From the NCBI GenBank assembly GCA_052327205.1, contig CM126221.1, positions 54,064,001-54,128,000 of the forward strand: 64,000 nucleotides of DNA, read 5' to 3'. Below the pieces are notes generated by a model. It did no database searches and was not told where the DNA came from. It was given only the letters and a program-made list of their open reading frames with translations. Made by a program: the position numbers and the translations under genes. The number at the start of each line of letters is the position of its first letter. Position 1 is the stretch's first letter. Source of the DNA: Somniosus microcephalus (taxonomy: Eukaryota). This document shows, in pieces, positions 24,851-39,779 of this stretch.

Positions 24851-25166
24851 GGGGCTATCCCAGACAACCCAACTATAACACAATGCCCAACGCAAACTAC
24901 GGCTTGGGAGGCACCATGAATGCGATGACCGCCGGCAACCAAATGCACGGTCAGGGTCCAGCACCGCCTTACGGTGGGATGCCACCGGGGAGGATGGGCC
25001 CTGCGGCGATGGGTAACCGGCCGTATGGAGGCAATATGACACCTAATACAGCAAACCTATCGGCACAAATGACCTCAGGAATGTGCCCACCACCAGCTAT
25101 GAACCGCAAGGCTCAGGATGCAGCAGTTGCTGCGATGCATGCAGCCGCAAACTCGGTGCAAAACAG
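24851..25166 (+). CDS. ARID1A: ARID1A exon 8 equivalent (316 nt)
   Basis: aaacag|GG GGC TAT CCC...AAC AG|gtaagt; [16 protein letters not shown]...[13 protein letters not shown]. Confidence 0.95.
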
Positions 25167-26511
25167 GTAAGTGGAGGCATAGCTGAACGATTAAAACAAA
25201 ACTGAAGACACTGCAGTGAGAACCAACAAAATGGAGAAGAGCATGAACTGTGAAGTTTCAGGGGAATGAATACTGGGAAGTTGAATGTGAGATATTGTGT
25301 TTTATTAACATGTTAGTTATAGTAAGATGTGGTGCTGTAACCTGAGCTCATTGTGCAGAATGGTTGCGAGCAGATTACTGGAGCATTCATTTGATCAAAG
25401 TTAGCAGGAGGGGGGTGGGTATCGGGTTGGGGGGGGTGGGTGCGGGTCCCAGAGCGGGACCAGGTACTGGGGCTGGAGCAGGGATCCTTGAATTGGGGGT
25501 CGTTTATGGTATATGTGTATATATAGATGCATCTATCTCTGGGATTAGTATCCTGGTGGATTTGTCTGAAGAATGCTGCAGTGGAGTGGAAGGTATTGTG
25601 GTTGCCAGCACATGGGCCTGCAGGTTCACTATCTTTAATTGTATGAATTCTAATTAGTCTCCGTTTCTGTGCTGAAGGTAATGAGGAGGATTGGGATTGA
25701 CAGTTGAACTGGGAATTGATTAGTGTGATTTCGCAGGAGTGAACTGCAGCAAGTAAACAACTACGAGCAGGTTGAGCAGTCCAATCACAGCCATGTGTGG
25801 TGTATCAGGCAGTAATGCACGGTGCTAGTTTTCCAGCCAGTCATTGCTGTATCTGGGTTCCTGAGGGTGGGTGAAGTGGGAGACAGTCGTTGTACCCGTC
25901 AGTATCCGTGACCCTGGGTGGAATGCCATACTCGGCAGCTCACGCAACGTTGGGTGTGGCGGGCACAGGACATCTTCATAATCACAATGTTACTGTTGGT
26001 GCATCAAGTTTACACTCGCATTTGTTCCAGTAGTTAATGTGAACAAAATGATTGGTATAAAATTGATTGTCAGGGCTGCAGTTTGATGATTTAAAAAGTT
26101 AAATTTGGTATCACATGGATTACGCGATTTTCCCGGGATTTTTGCCGGTTTTTCTGTGAAAACTATGAATCTGCAGCCTTGGTTATTCTATCAAATGAGT
26201 CAAAGGTTCAATAATAACTGTTGTCTGAAAAGCACATTGAGAATGAGATGCAGGATGGAGGTGGCAAGGAGCATTAAACTGGCCAGTAGTTCAATAGAAG
26301 TCAAATATACTAAACTCACAACTAGGTAAAGTGACGGGATCTAGGAGTTCAAGATATTAAATATACAAAATGATTATCAGAGTTTGATATCTAAATGACA
26401 GGTCCGAGTAGGTTTAATTTTTTTATGTCTTTGTTTAGTGCTTGCATAGTAGTTCTCAGTTATTTACTGTTGCATTGTACAGCAAGCTAGTACATATCAC
26501 ACTGCAAAACT

Positions 26512-26795
26512 ATTTCCTCTGCTGGGGGTCTCCAGAACAAGGGGGCACAATCTTAAATGAGAGCTAGGCCGTTAAGGAAGCAGTTCTTCAAACAAAGGGT
26601 AGTGGAAATCTGGAACTCTTCCCCAAAAATCTGTTGAGGCTGCGGGGTCAATTGTGAAATTCAAAACAGGTAGATTTTTGTTGGGTAAGGGTTACAGCAC
26701 CAAGGTGGATAGATGGCTGATCGGTCTCTCCACTCCATGATCTTAATTGATTGACGGAACAGGGTCAAGGGGCTGAATGGCCTAATCCCGTTCCT
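26512..26795 (+). mobile_element. CR1 LINE 3' end fragment
   Basis: ggtagtggaaatctggaactct...ggggctgaatggcctaatcccgttcct. Confidence 0.75.
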
Positions 26796-26992
26796 ATTAT
26801 CTGATACTAAACTTTTGTGTTTGGGTGAGGGGCGGTTAACCAATTGCACAATCAGTCCTGAAGATATTTAAATTATTGCAGCTTGGGTGTCCGGTGGTGA
26901 AGTGCACTCGCTCTGTTGACCGTTGCTCTTGGTGCACCATGTGATTAGCCAGAGTCCTCGAATGACACACGGAGGCCAGTGACCTGAGAAGC

Positions 26993-27368
26993 TGATTTTA
27001 AAATTCTCATCCTTGTTTTCAAATCACTCCATGGCCTCGCCTCTCCCTATCTCTGTACTCTCCTCCAGCCCCACAACCCTCCAAGATATCTGCGCTCCTC
27101 TAATTCTGGCCTCTTGAGCATCTTTGATTTCAGTCGCTCCACCATTGGTGGCTGTGCCTTCAGCTGCCAAGGCCTGAGCTCTGGAATTCCCTGCCTAAAC
27201 CTCTGCATCTCTACCTCTCTTTCCTCTTTTAAAGACGCTCCTTAAAACCTACCTCTAGCATTTGGCCATCTGCCCTAATATATCCTTGTGTGGCTCGGTG
27301 TCAGATTTTGTTTTATAACGCTCTTGGGACGTTTTACTACGTTAAAGGCACTAATATAAATACTTGTT
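26993..27368 (+). mobile_element. L2 LINE 3' end
   Basis: FKILILVFKSLHGLASPYL..LWNSLP and tail ttgggacgttttactacgttaaaggc..atataaat. Confidence 0.85.
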
Positions 27369-27587
27369 GTATCATCACACCTTCCTAAAAGTTGGCTAGC
27401 CCACAAGGACGTGAATATCTTCATTAGAAGTGGTATCAGGAAGTCTAAATCCGTGCCCATTTGTGTATGATGGGCTTATGACCACTGCACTTTCAATCTT
27501 TTGTAATGTGCGTAAGATTTGTGCACCAGCTGGAGGTGATGCTTAACTCTTTCGTTTCTCAAATGTTTTTCCCTTTTTCTAATGCAG

Positions 27588-27733
27588 GCAACCCGGTTAT
27601 CCAACCCTGAATCAGGGAGGTATGATGGGTACTGGCTCCCCTTACAGTCAAAGCATGAACAGTATGGCTGGGATGATGAATCCACAGGGTTCTCCATATT
27701 CCATGGCTGGAAACGTGGCAAATAGCTCTGCAG
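27588..27733 (+). CDS. ARID1A: ARID1A exon 9 equivalent (146 nt)
   Basis: atgcag|G CAA CCC GGT TAT...GCA G|gtaagg; [48 protein letters not shown]. Confidence 0.95.
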
Positions 27734-27925
27734 GTAAGGGCACAGGTACCAGACCCCCTGTGGATGAGCACATTGCAGTAAGACAGTGACAATATTGTAA
27801 TGCTCAGTGATGTATGTGGTTTCTGGTTTAACTATTTCTTTTTATTTCTGGTTGTGCCAGATAAATGTTACCACAAAGTACTAATCGCAAACTTACCAAA
27901 AACCAGCAGAAGTGACTAGTCATTT

Positions 27926-28342
27926 GTCAGCCGTGAATCAGTGGATCGCACTCTCGCTTCTGAGTCAGAAGGTTGAGAGTTCAAGTTCCACTCCAGAGAC
28001 TTGAGCACGTAATCTAGGCTGTCACTTCAGTGCAGTACTGAGGGAGCACTGCACTGTTGGAGGTGCCGTCATTCAGATGAGATGTTAAACCGAGGCCCCG
28101 CCTGCGCTCTCGGGTTGACAAAAAAATCCCATGGTTCTATTTCAAAGATGAGCAGGGACGTTCTCCTGTGTCCTGGCCAATATTTATCCCTCAACCAACA
28201 TCATTAAAACAAATTATCTGGTCATTTATCACATTGATGATTGTGAGAAATGACTGCCGCGTTTTCTACATTACAACTGTGACTACAGTTCAAAAGTACT
28301 TCATTGGACGTCCTGAGGTTGTAAAAGGTGCTATATAAATGC
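27926..28342 (+). mobile_element. SacSINE1-like Deu-domain tRNA SINE, near full length
   Basis: tRNA-like head (gagttcaagttcc), Deu core gatgagatgttaaaccgaggccc and gtcctggccaatatttatccctc, L2-type tail aaaggtgctatataaatgc. Confidence 0.85.
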
Positions 28343-28344
28343 TT

Positions 28345-28700
28345 AGTTGAAGAGTACATTAAAGGAAATATATTCATTAGCTGTAGGTAAGGCAAGTGTC
28401 AGAACAAATTACACTGACATCGTACAGATCAGTGGTGAGGCCAGTACTGCAGACTGCCAGAATTGTGGTTGCCCTACCTCAAAGGATAGAGAGGACTGAG
28501 CAGAATGAGTCCAGGCCTCAGGGACTAAGTTGTAAAGAAATGCTCAAACGATTGAACTCATTATTGCTGGAGAAAAGCCCAAAGGAAGACTTGGTCCCGG
28601 TCCTCAAAATAATGATGGTTATGGTTAAAGTAAGCAGAATCGTTAACTTAGACAGTGAGCATAGGGCTGTAGGACACGAGCACATACTTTGTGCTAGGTT
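28345..28700 (+). mobile_element. Highly degenerate CR1 3' fragment
   Basis: YRSVVRPVL...GLSCKEMLKRLNSLLLEK remnants. Confidence 0.5.
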
Positions 28701-29354
28701 AGAGATTACAGGATAGGTGCACATAGGGGTAGAACTAGCCTTATTTACAGCTTTAGTGTACAGACTCATAAGAGAATTCATTTGGGACCAGTTGTCAACT
28801 TTCCTTGTTCCTGATTTTCTTCTTTTGTCTTAAAATGATTCAAGCTGATTTTTAAGGGGATATCTACTATTTGGGTTGGACATTCGGGGTATGTGTTGGA
28901 GCTACTGATTGACTGCATGTTAATCAGTAGCAGAGAGACCTGTAAACGCACTTTTAAGGGATCGAGGAAAGGCATGACACCAGTGCGACACGGGAGATGT
29001 TGGTCAGATCACAGTTACAAGCCTGTAGTAAGGGCACTGGAATTCCACCGCTCCGTGTCCTGTACCATGTACTCATCTGTGCCAGCTTGAGTTGAGTAAA
29101 CCGTGCTCGGAATGGCTCTGGGATGGTTGAGCTTCTTGCGCCCCAAGTTGCTGAGGTTTTGAAGTATGCTATGCTTGATGTAGCAGTGAACCATATAAGT
29201 TTTGCTTTAAACAAAGGAATTTTCTGTAATAAGCTAAATAAAACTAGCCTCAGTCTGTTAGAAATATTGATGCTGTATTTTGTTGGAAAGACTATGGTGC
29301 GAAAGAACTTGCACGTCTGTGGCACCATAATCACATCCTTTGGACAATAATCAC

Positions 29355-29742
29355 ATCCTTAGGACAGCCAATGAATTACTTTTGAAGTGACAACACTGTT
29401 ATGTAGACAAAAGTAGCAACCAATTTGTAGCCAGCAAGGCCCCGCATACAGCAAATCAGCTGAACAGTCTGTTGACCTGATTTTTTTGATGATTGTGGAT
29501 AAATATTGGCCAAGACTCGAGAGCTCCCTATTCTTTGATTAGTGCGTGGGACCTTTTACATCCACCAGAAACTGCATTTGAGGCCTTGGTTTAACATCTC
29601 ATCCAAAAAATGGCATCTCCAGCAATGCAGCACGCCCTCACTCAAGTGTCAGCCTAGATTACTTGCTGAGGACCTGGAATGGGGCTTTAACACACCACCT
29701 GCTGACTCGAGTGAGTATTCTACCAACAGAGCCAAGCTAACA
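29355..29742 (-). mobile_element. SacSINE1-like SINE, diverged
   Basis: Reverse-complement similarity to 27926-28342 (ggccttggtttaacatctcatcc, aaatattggccaagac). Confidence 0.8.
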
Positions 29743-30018
29743 TTTAAACCTATGGTAACCACAAATTCTCCTGTTTAGTAATTGCAATGTACCTAATCAT
29801 CATGTTGCGCAGTTGCAATAAATTGGTGGTGTGGTTCGTGCTTTACGTCCATTCACCAAGGACTACAAAGAATGTGCAGGAAACCTAGAGGAAAACTTCT
29901 AAACTTATTTAGCACAAAAGAAAAAACTGTATAGCTAATCTTTGTAGATTAGACCTCTGGTGAGTGATTAACCCTGTACTGGCCTAGTATTTAACACCAC
30001 TCCCTTGCCTTCCTGTAG

Positions 30019-30128
30019 GAATGACTCCCAGTCCTGAGATGATGACGCTTGGGGAAGGAAAGTTACCACCGACACAGAAAGCAAACAACAAGGCGGACGG
30101 AATGACGAAGGCTGAGCCCAAGTCGAAG
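30019..30128 (+). CDS. ARID1A: ARID1A exon 10 equivalent (110 nt)
   Basis: ctgtag|GA ATG...TCG AAG|gtgaga; [36 protein letters not shown]. Confidence 0.93.
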
Positions 30129-30543
30129 GTGAGAACACAAGTGTGGTGGTGCCAGGGATAGTGCTCGGCGCCAACCAGGGCTGACGCTGCACTCCATTTT
30201 CATCATGAGGCTGTGGGGTGGATACAGTTAGTGGGTCACTGCTGTTACTTGGGAACTAGATGAGAAGACTTAATGGTGCTGTGCTTCACATAAAGAACAG
30301 CTGCTGCCTGACTCTGGCTTTGATCCACTCTCCTGAACCACAATATGAACACCTTATGTTTAATTTATTCCTGATCATTTGAGCTTGAGGAATGAAGGAT
30401 TGCCATTGTTGAGGATTGAGCATGTTATACTTCTGGCATCCATTGTCAGCATCAGTTGGCACCAGGTCAATTACAGCACATGGTAGATGCGAGTAAAACT
30501 CCCTTTGCTGTGTCCCAACAATTAGCCTTAAATTGAACCTCCG

Positions 30544-31289
30544 ACAATGGCCCAGAAATTCAGGTCTCCACAGGTGAGTACGCATTGGGTACTCGCCCGT
30601 AAGCCCAATGGAAGTGCCGGTTTCGTGCATGCGCAGGAAACCGGCACTTCCGTTCCCCTGAAAGAAGGGGTTCAGAAGTCGAACGCGTACGCAGGAGAGG
30701 CAGCGTGTGCGCATCGAACTTACGTTTTTTTTGCAGGTTTTCCCGGGAGGGTAAGTCTCCAGAAGTTAGACATGTAAAAAGCAGTCGCAAGGCCTGCTTT
30801 TTACAAGGTAAGTGGTGAATTAATTCAAATTAAAACATTTTTCCCACAGGTTCATTATTTTTAAACATTTTAAAGAAAGGTAAGTTTATTTTTAGCCCCG
30901 TTAGAAAATGTAATTAATTTTTTCAAAAATTTAAATTGTTTAAAATAGTTATTTCATGTAATTTATAGTTTATTTTAAAAATGTGATGTTTTTAAAATTT
31001 ATTTGAAGATTTAGTGATGTTTTGGGGCTTATAGTATTTATAGGTTTGTCAAACTTATGAATGAAGCATTTACTGCTCCGATTGGCTCCCCATGGCCCAC
31101 GTGATCCCAGGGGACACATCGAACTAACTGCGCCCCTGGGATACGCAAGCGCTGCGCGCCGGCAGTTGGAGGAGCCCTACGATCGGAATCCCACGCGGGC
31201 CCACAGCTCAATGGCCGGCGCGGTAGGTAAGTGCAGGTCGGGGGCTTGCACCCGCGGGAAGCCCCCGACCCGAATTTCTGGGCCATTGT
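30544..31289. mobile_element. Non-autonomous DNA transposon/MITE (possibly PIF/Harbinger-like)
   Basis: Perfect 18-bp terminal inverted repeat ACAATGGCCCAGAAATTC / GAATTTCTGGGCCATTGT; GC-rich arms, AT-rich centre, internal 42-bp hairpin; no clean TSD, so superfamily uncertain. Confidence 0.8.
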
Positions 31290-32770
31290 ATTAGTGCAGT
31301 GTTTGTCCAACTATTTTGAGTGGGGGTCCTCCAGCTAATGTTGACAAGCACAAGGGGACCCCCAACCTAACTTCCCAAAGACAATGTCATCTACTCAATG
31401 GAAAGCGCAATGCACTGGTATCCGTATACAGTAGCAGGGATGTGCTACTAAGTTTTTTTAAAAAACACAGAAATCTGATGGCACTGACTGAGATCATAAT
31501 GATTTCATGGACTTTTGAAGATTGCCTTGCAGATTCCCTCGGGTCTAGAGACTCCAGTTTGAAAAGCTGTGTATTCAAGTGCCATTTAACACCAATCATC
31601 TTTTGTAGCCTCTCCGAATGTATTTGCCTGAGTGTGTTGAATTTTGGGGCCATGTCCTTTAGGAACTGGGTTGAAACTGTCATAGTTAATTTCACAAAAG
31701 ATGCTTGCAGAGATCTTCACCTACCACTCGTAGATAGGTTTCGAAGAAGGTCCTTTTATAACACCGTGCCACCTAGTTCCTTACCCTTCAAATAATTGCC
31801 AAATTCCTGGAGGGGAGCTGTCCCTCGGCCACATTGGCACAATATTTTAATTAGGCAGTAACTTCAAGAACCGTCACTATAAAATAGTGTCACTGTACAG
31901 GCAAATCCTGTACTATTTGAGGACTGAAGGATTTGCCCCAAAGGATAAATGAGTGGATTCGTAAGAAATGTGACCTGTGGGTTTACGTATTTGATCCTGT
32001 CTTCAGTTAATCACCTATAGAATGTACAGATTTATCAGATGTCCAAAGAGAACGAGGTTACTCCAGTACAATTGGAACCTGCCTCTGAGTTTGAGGGTTC
32101 CTCTATACACCCCATACACTCTTCATCCATCCATCAAGATTCTGTGCATTGAACTGTTAAACTCCAGAACATCAGTTGGTTTTGATGAGCCCTTTTTAGA
32201 TGGTTTAGGGCTGGTATATCATCTTGTATGTACAGCTTCAAAAAATTTAGAACCTCAGGGCTGTGCTTACAAAGGGCTTCACTCAAATATCTCTATGTGA
32301 AAATTCAGTGGAACTTTCCACTGTGATTAGATTGTAGTACGTGGTTTTATTTTCAGCACTGTTAGTTTCTCAGCCTGGGTTTGCAATTGGATGTAAGCCA
32401 TGATGCGTTGAGCAGGGAAATCCACGAGGTGCCGAAGTAGCTTATGTTGAGTCTGCCTTGCCAGTCGTGCACTTGCTTCTGTATGTGTCTGTTGGTGATT
32501 GTCTCCGGCCTTGCATCTGTTCTGAATGTACAGGGTGGTTTTACTTTTTGCGATGACTGTTTCAACGCATCGAGGAACCTGAATACTGTAGCAAAACACC
32601 GGTCGTGTGGGCAACAGGTCTCGCTCGGCTTGTTATTTTCACGTGTTTAGATGAAGTGGTTAGCCTGTACGGGCTGTCCGTGCAAACCTCAAGCTAACTG
32701 TTTCCTGGCTCTAGTTGGAGCTTTGTTGAGTATCTAATCATCAGTAACTGATGAACCTGTCTCTCTGCAG

Positions 32771-32980
32771 AAGACCAGCTCTTCCACGACCACTAATGAA
32801 AAGATCACTAAACTGTATGAGCTGGGTGTGGAGCCGGAGCGCAAGATATGGATCGATCGGTACTTTGCCTTTATGGAAGAGAAGGGAATGATGATGACCA
32901 ATCTCCCTGCGGTCGGCAGGAAACCACTGGACCTTTATCGACTCTACATGTCCGTCAAGGATATTGGGGGACTAACGCAG
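32771..32980 (+). CDS. ARID1A: ARID1A exon 11 equivalent (210 nt), ARID/BRIGHT domain first half
   Basis: ctgcag|AAG ACC...ACG CAG|gtgggt; [70 protein letters not shown]. Confidence 0.97.
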
Positions 32981-33969
32981 GTGGGTGTGAAGCATGGCTT
33001 TTGTCTTCAGCTGGGATTCAGGTTGCTCAACTTCATGGACTTCTTTTAAACTATTGTTCTGCTTTGAAGCCCCTGTAAACGCCCTGTCTTGGCTGTTTTA
33101 TTTTTAACGCTCTCCTCCAACTTGTTTCCATCCCATCATTAGTTTCTCTGCAAACTCTTTCTGCACAGCAGCACTTACTGATAGTTCAGGATGCTCGAGA
33201 GTATTTACTTGATAGTATTATTCCAACAAGCTATCACCTTGAAACTCACTTATGCACAGTGAGAACACCCTTCCTTAGGAATTAAATAATTCCAAAGGTC
33301 TGGTATGTCTCACTGCTGTCACATCAGTAATTCCAGCCTTGTTATTATAGATTTAAAAACAGGGTGGAAGCTAATTCCATACTGTTTCCTCAGATGAATT
33401 TTTTAAAAATCCCAAGCCCATCTCCTCCCACCACCACATTAAATACGGTTTAGTTGAACTTTTTGTTGGGTGAATATTCTTGTGCAGGTAACACTGCTGT
33501 GTGCAGAGGCAGACGGGTTCATAAGCTGGCCTGTGCAGTGTTTCTCACCAACAGAAATACAGGGTTCGATTCATAGCTCTGTGAAGCGGTTATATTTCAG
33601 ATACTGTTCCTTGCAGTTCAAATTGAGTAAGAAATTGGAGCCAGTACTTGAGCATTCAGTGCTGTAGAGTGGACGAGTACAGTGTGCTGGTTGATCTATT
33701 GGTACTGACTAGCAGGTGCTAACGGGCTGTGGTGCCTCCCCATAATTGGGAAGGAGTGAAAGAGGGGTGTGGTGAAAGACCAAGTACTCAGTGCAGCCTT
33801 GATGCTACCTAATGTATTCTAGCAGCCAGTCAAATGAGGACTGGGGGGGGGTGGCCTGGCAAAAAGCTACCCTCATTCTGGGTACAAGTCCAGGCAGATT
33901 GGAAAAAAGGATAGCTTACTTGGGTGTGGGGAGGACACACACACGTAAATACAACATTTTATACAAGTA

Positions 33970-34467
33970 CAGGTAGACTATCCTTTATCCGAAAACCTTG
34001 GGACCAGCCGTGTTTCGGTTTTCGGAAAATTTCGGATTTCAGAAGGTATTACGGGGCAGCACCCCGTAAGCCACCACTTTCGGTTTTCAGAGGTTTTCTG
34101 TTTTCGGAAGTGCGGATAAAGGCTGGTACACTATCCCTTATCCGAAAGGGCGGGGGGGGGAGGGCGGGGGGGGGGAGGGCGGGGGGGGGGGGGGCGGGGG
34201 GGAGAAAAGAATATCGGACAGGCTGCTGCAGCTATCGGACGGGCCGCTGTATTGTTGGGTTCACTCTCCCGGTATACCTCCTTCACACTGCCCAGCTCGG
34301 CCTGCAATCTCCTACCCAGGAGGGAACTCAGTGACCCTCTGCCCTGCTCAGCGTAAGTCGTGCGCCACTCTGGTTATGCCGTGCGCACGACTTACGCTGA
34401 ACGAAAAAACTTTCGGTTTTTAGAGGGTTTCGGTTTTCGGAAGTTCGGATAAAGGACAGTCTACCTG
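33970..34467. mobile_element. Tc1/mariner (Tigger/pogo-like) MITE, composite
   Basis: TA|CAGGTAGACTATCCTTTATCCGAA ... TTCGGATAAAGGACAGTCTACCTG|TA: 24-bp TIRs with 1 mismatch, TA TSD. Confidence 0.9.
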
Positions 34468-34704
34468 TAATTGCAGCATTCTTTAAATCAAATGATGTCG
34501 ATGAAGAGCAGCTTTGGTGCGCGAAGGGATTGTACCAATACAGCAGGGGTGTTTCTGTAAAACCGCTGGGATTGTGGTGCACTAGGACTGTGGGAACAAG
34601 TGGTGTTGAGCAGTGCTTCCACTGGGCAAGTCTCAAGATTGATCTGCCACTCAACAGTGATCCTTCCCAGGACATACCTGGACTATGATATTTTAGTTAT
34701 ATAT

Positions 34705-35285
34705 AAAGAACTTGAATTTATATAGTGCCTTTCACGACCTCAGGGTGTCCCAAAGCATTTTATAGCCAATGAATTACTTTTGAAGTGAAGTCACTGTTCT
34801 AATGTAAGTACCCCCCTGCTCCTCACAGAAGAATCACAGAAATCCCACAGTGCAGATAGAGGCCATTTCGGCCCATCGAGCCTGCACCGACACATATCCC
34901 ACCTGATCCCCGTAACCCCTACACCAACACATATCCCACCCTATCCCCACGTCTTTAATTCCCCTAACACTAAGGGTCAATTTATCATGGCCAATCATCT
35001 TAACCCGCACATCTTTGGACTGTGGGAGGAAACCGGAGCACCCGGAGGAAACCCACGCAAACACGGGGAGAATGTGCAAACTCCACACAGACAGTCACCC
35101 AAGGCCGGATTCGAACCCGGGTCCCTGGCGCTGTGAGGCAACAATGCTAACCACTATGCCTGTTTGCTGTGCCATGGGATCTTTACATTCACCTGAGAGA
35201 GCAGGCAGGGCCTTGGTTTAACGTCTCATCCGAAAGACCACACCTCCGACAGTGCAGCGCTCCCTTAGTACTGCACTGGAGTCAG
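34705..35285 (-). mobile_element. SacSINE1-like SINE interrupted by an HE1-like SINE
   Basis: Tail at ~34705-34805 and Deu core at ~35168-35285 flank the insert. Confidence 0.8.
34825..35160 (-). mobile_element. HE1-like (V-domain) tRNA SINE with CR1-type tail
   Basis: V-domain gtgggaggaaaccggagcacccggaggaaacccacgca; box B (ggattcgaaccc on + strand). Confidence 0.85.
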
Positions 35286-35826
35286 AGTGAAGACCCTGTT
35301 AGGGCGTATTCCATGGATTGCAGTGCTTTTGTTACCGTTGGTTAAATATCTTGATGGGTGAATGATTTTCAGCATCTGAATTGATTGTTGACCAAATGCA
35401 GCCCTTTAATGGTTTTGGCCTTAAATTTTTTTTTTGTCATTTCTGTGACTCTCATACCAGTTAAGTGCTATAGGTTTAAGTGTGTGGCATGTGGTGTGTA
35501 ATTGAGTCCTTGTTCTAAAGTGTCTTGAAATGCTGGTATGGTCTGGTCAGATTTGCCTCTGGATTTGTTAATTCAAGGTTGCAGGTCCTGATGGGTGTGG
35601 AATTCCAGCACGTTGATTTTGGTTTGGGATTTCGACATCACTTCACCCGTGGCTGACGAGAGATGCGTCATGGCACCTCCGCACAACTCTGACTAAGTGG
35701 AGTTGTGTGGTTCAAGCTTCCACGTTGCCAGGCTTCCGACCTGGAATTGTGACCCATTCCCAGATTCCAATTGATTGTTCAGCAAGTACTGCTTACTGGG
35801 AGCTGCGAGGCTGATCCATGGTGTAA

Positions 35827-38250
<2,424 letters not shown>

Positions 38251-39779
38251 ATGTACACATTGCCATAGCCAGGTGTGAGACTAAAAGGTTTGTGATTTCA
38301 TGTATAACTCACAAGTGACTGACCTCACATTGTTGCACAAGTCCATCCTTATTCTGTTTGTATCATGTGCTTTTTATTGAAATAAGCTTGTGATGGTATC
38401 ATTAGGTGGGGGACACTGTACTGCCAATGTGAAGGTAACAGGGATTAATAAAATTTACTGGCATTGTGAAGATTTCTCCATCACTTGGAAATCCAGCATG
38501 GGTCTGGAAACCATGTGTATCAGTTGTAAATGAGCTCCATTTAGCAGAAGGGCGCACACAGCTAGTGTGAATTTGCAGCTCATTAGGAGTGTGGTGACAG
38601 ACACCCCACCCGGAGGGATGGCCATGGTTTGGAGCACAGATTTGTGTTCTCCTTTTGGACCAGTTTTGTTATATTGACTTTTGCTCTAATGTTTAAACTT
38701 TTGTTTTCCTGATCTCTCATTGTAAACTGCCCCAATTCCGGATCCATGACCGTTCTAAGTGCTTCCTCTTAAGGTGCCTTCCATTGCAGTGCTAGTAGGT
38801 CACGTCGTACCTGGTGGTGTCCGAAGGTGTTTCCCCGTCAATCTCTCCTGCTTAAAATATATCTCCTGATATTTAAATGAACTCTAGTTACCTGGGTCAT
38901 GAGGACCATTGTTACTTATTCACTGGTTATATGTTGATGGGAGGAATAAGGATGCAGACTGTTATCACACCTTGTACCTGGTAACTTCACTTAATACAAA
39001 TGATCTATTTGAATTGGTGCAGATAATTCATGATCCGAAAATGCTATGCTATATAAGGTAAATCAGGTTCATGTCCACGCTACCTCGCCGTGAGGTTATG
39101 CAGCACCAGAGATTAGCTGGACATGAGCAGGTGCTTTCCCTCTGAGGCAGTCTCCTTCAGCTGTTTGTATGTACTAGGTACAAGTGTCAGAAGCCTGGGA
39201 ACTGATTGCCTGGCTGCCCTTTACATGGGAACAGGAGTAGGCTATTTAGCCCCTCGAGCCTGTTCCAGCAGTTTAGGCTGGGTATTTTGCATTAGACAGA
39301 AAGACCTAGAGACAGTTTGAGAAGAACAATAGCAGTTTGTGTGAAATAATTTATCACAGCCGTTGCTTGTTGAAGAATGTTCCGGGATAAAGCCTAAAAA
39401 TTGGGCTCTTCCTCAAGTACGATCTGTAAATGCAATTTAAACAAACTCTTGACCAACTATTGTGCCTCTTTGAGGATAGCAGCAGAAATGTGATGTTATT
39501 GTCACTACCTGAACCCATTACCACCTCCTGTGCTCCTTTGAAAGCAGCAAGGCTGTTAACCGAGGCAAAGTAAAGAAACCTATCAACTGGCCAGCCTCGG
39601 AAAGCAAAGCTTGAGCCCTGATTAGGAGGACATTACTCTGTGTTCATTTTTAAAACTGCATGTGCATGTATATTTTTGAGAAACCCTGAAGGGTAAGACT
39701 CACTAAACAGCCTATTACTGCTCTTAGTCCTGGCCTTTGTTCAGTGAGCAAAGACAAAAACTTAAAAAAAAAAAAAGAA

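Noticed and set aside
27926-28000. tRNA gene
   Set aside because: It is the tRNA-derived head of a SINE, continuing into Deu and L2-type tail sequence; no full cloverleaf
30129-32770. ARID1B-type extra cassette exon between exons 10 and 11; a 43-codon in-frame stretch after the AG at 32020
   Set aside because: No convincing DSYSSQ..PKTP-like peptide found; the 32021 stretch ends in TGA with a weak acceptor and no clear donor
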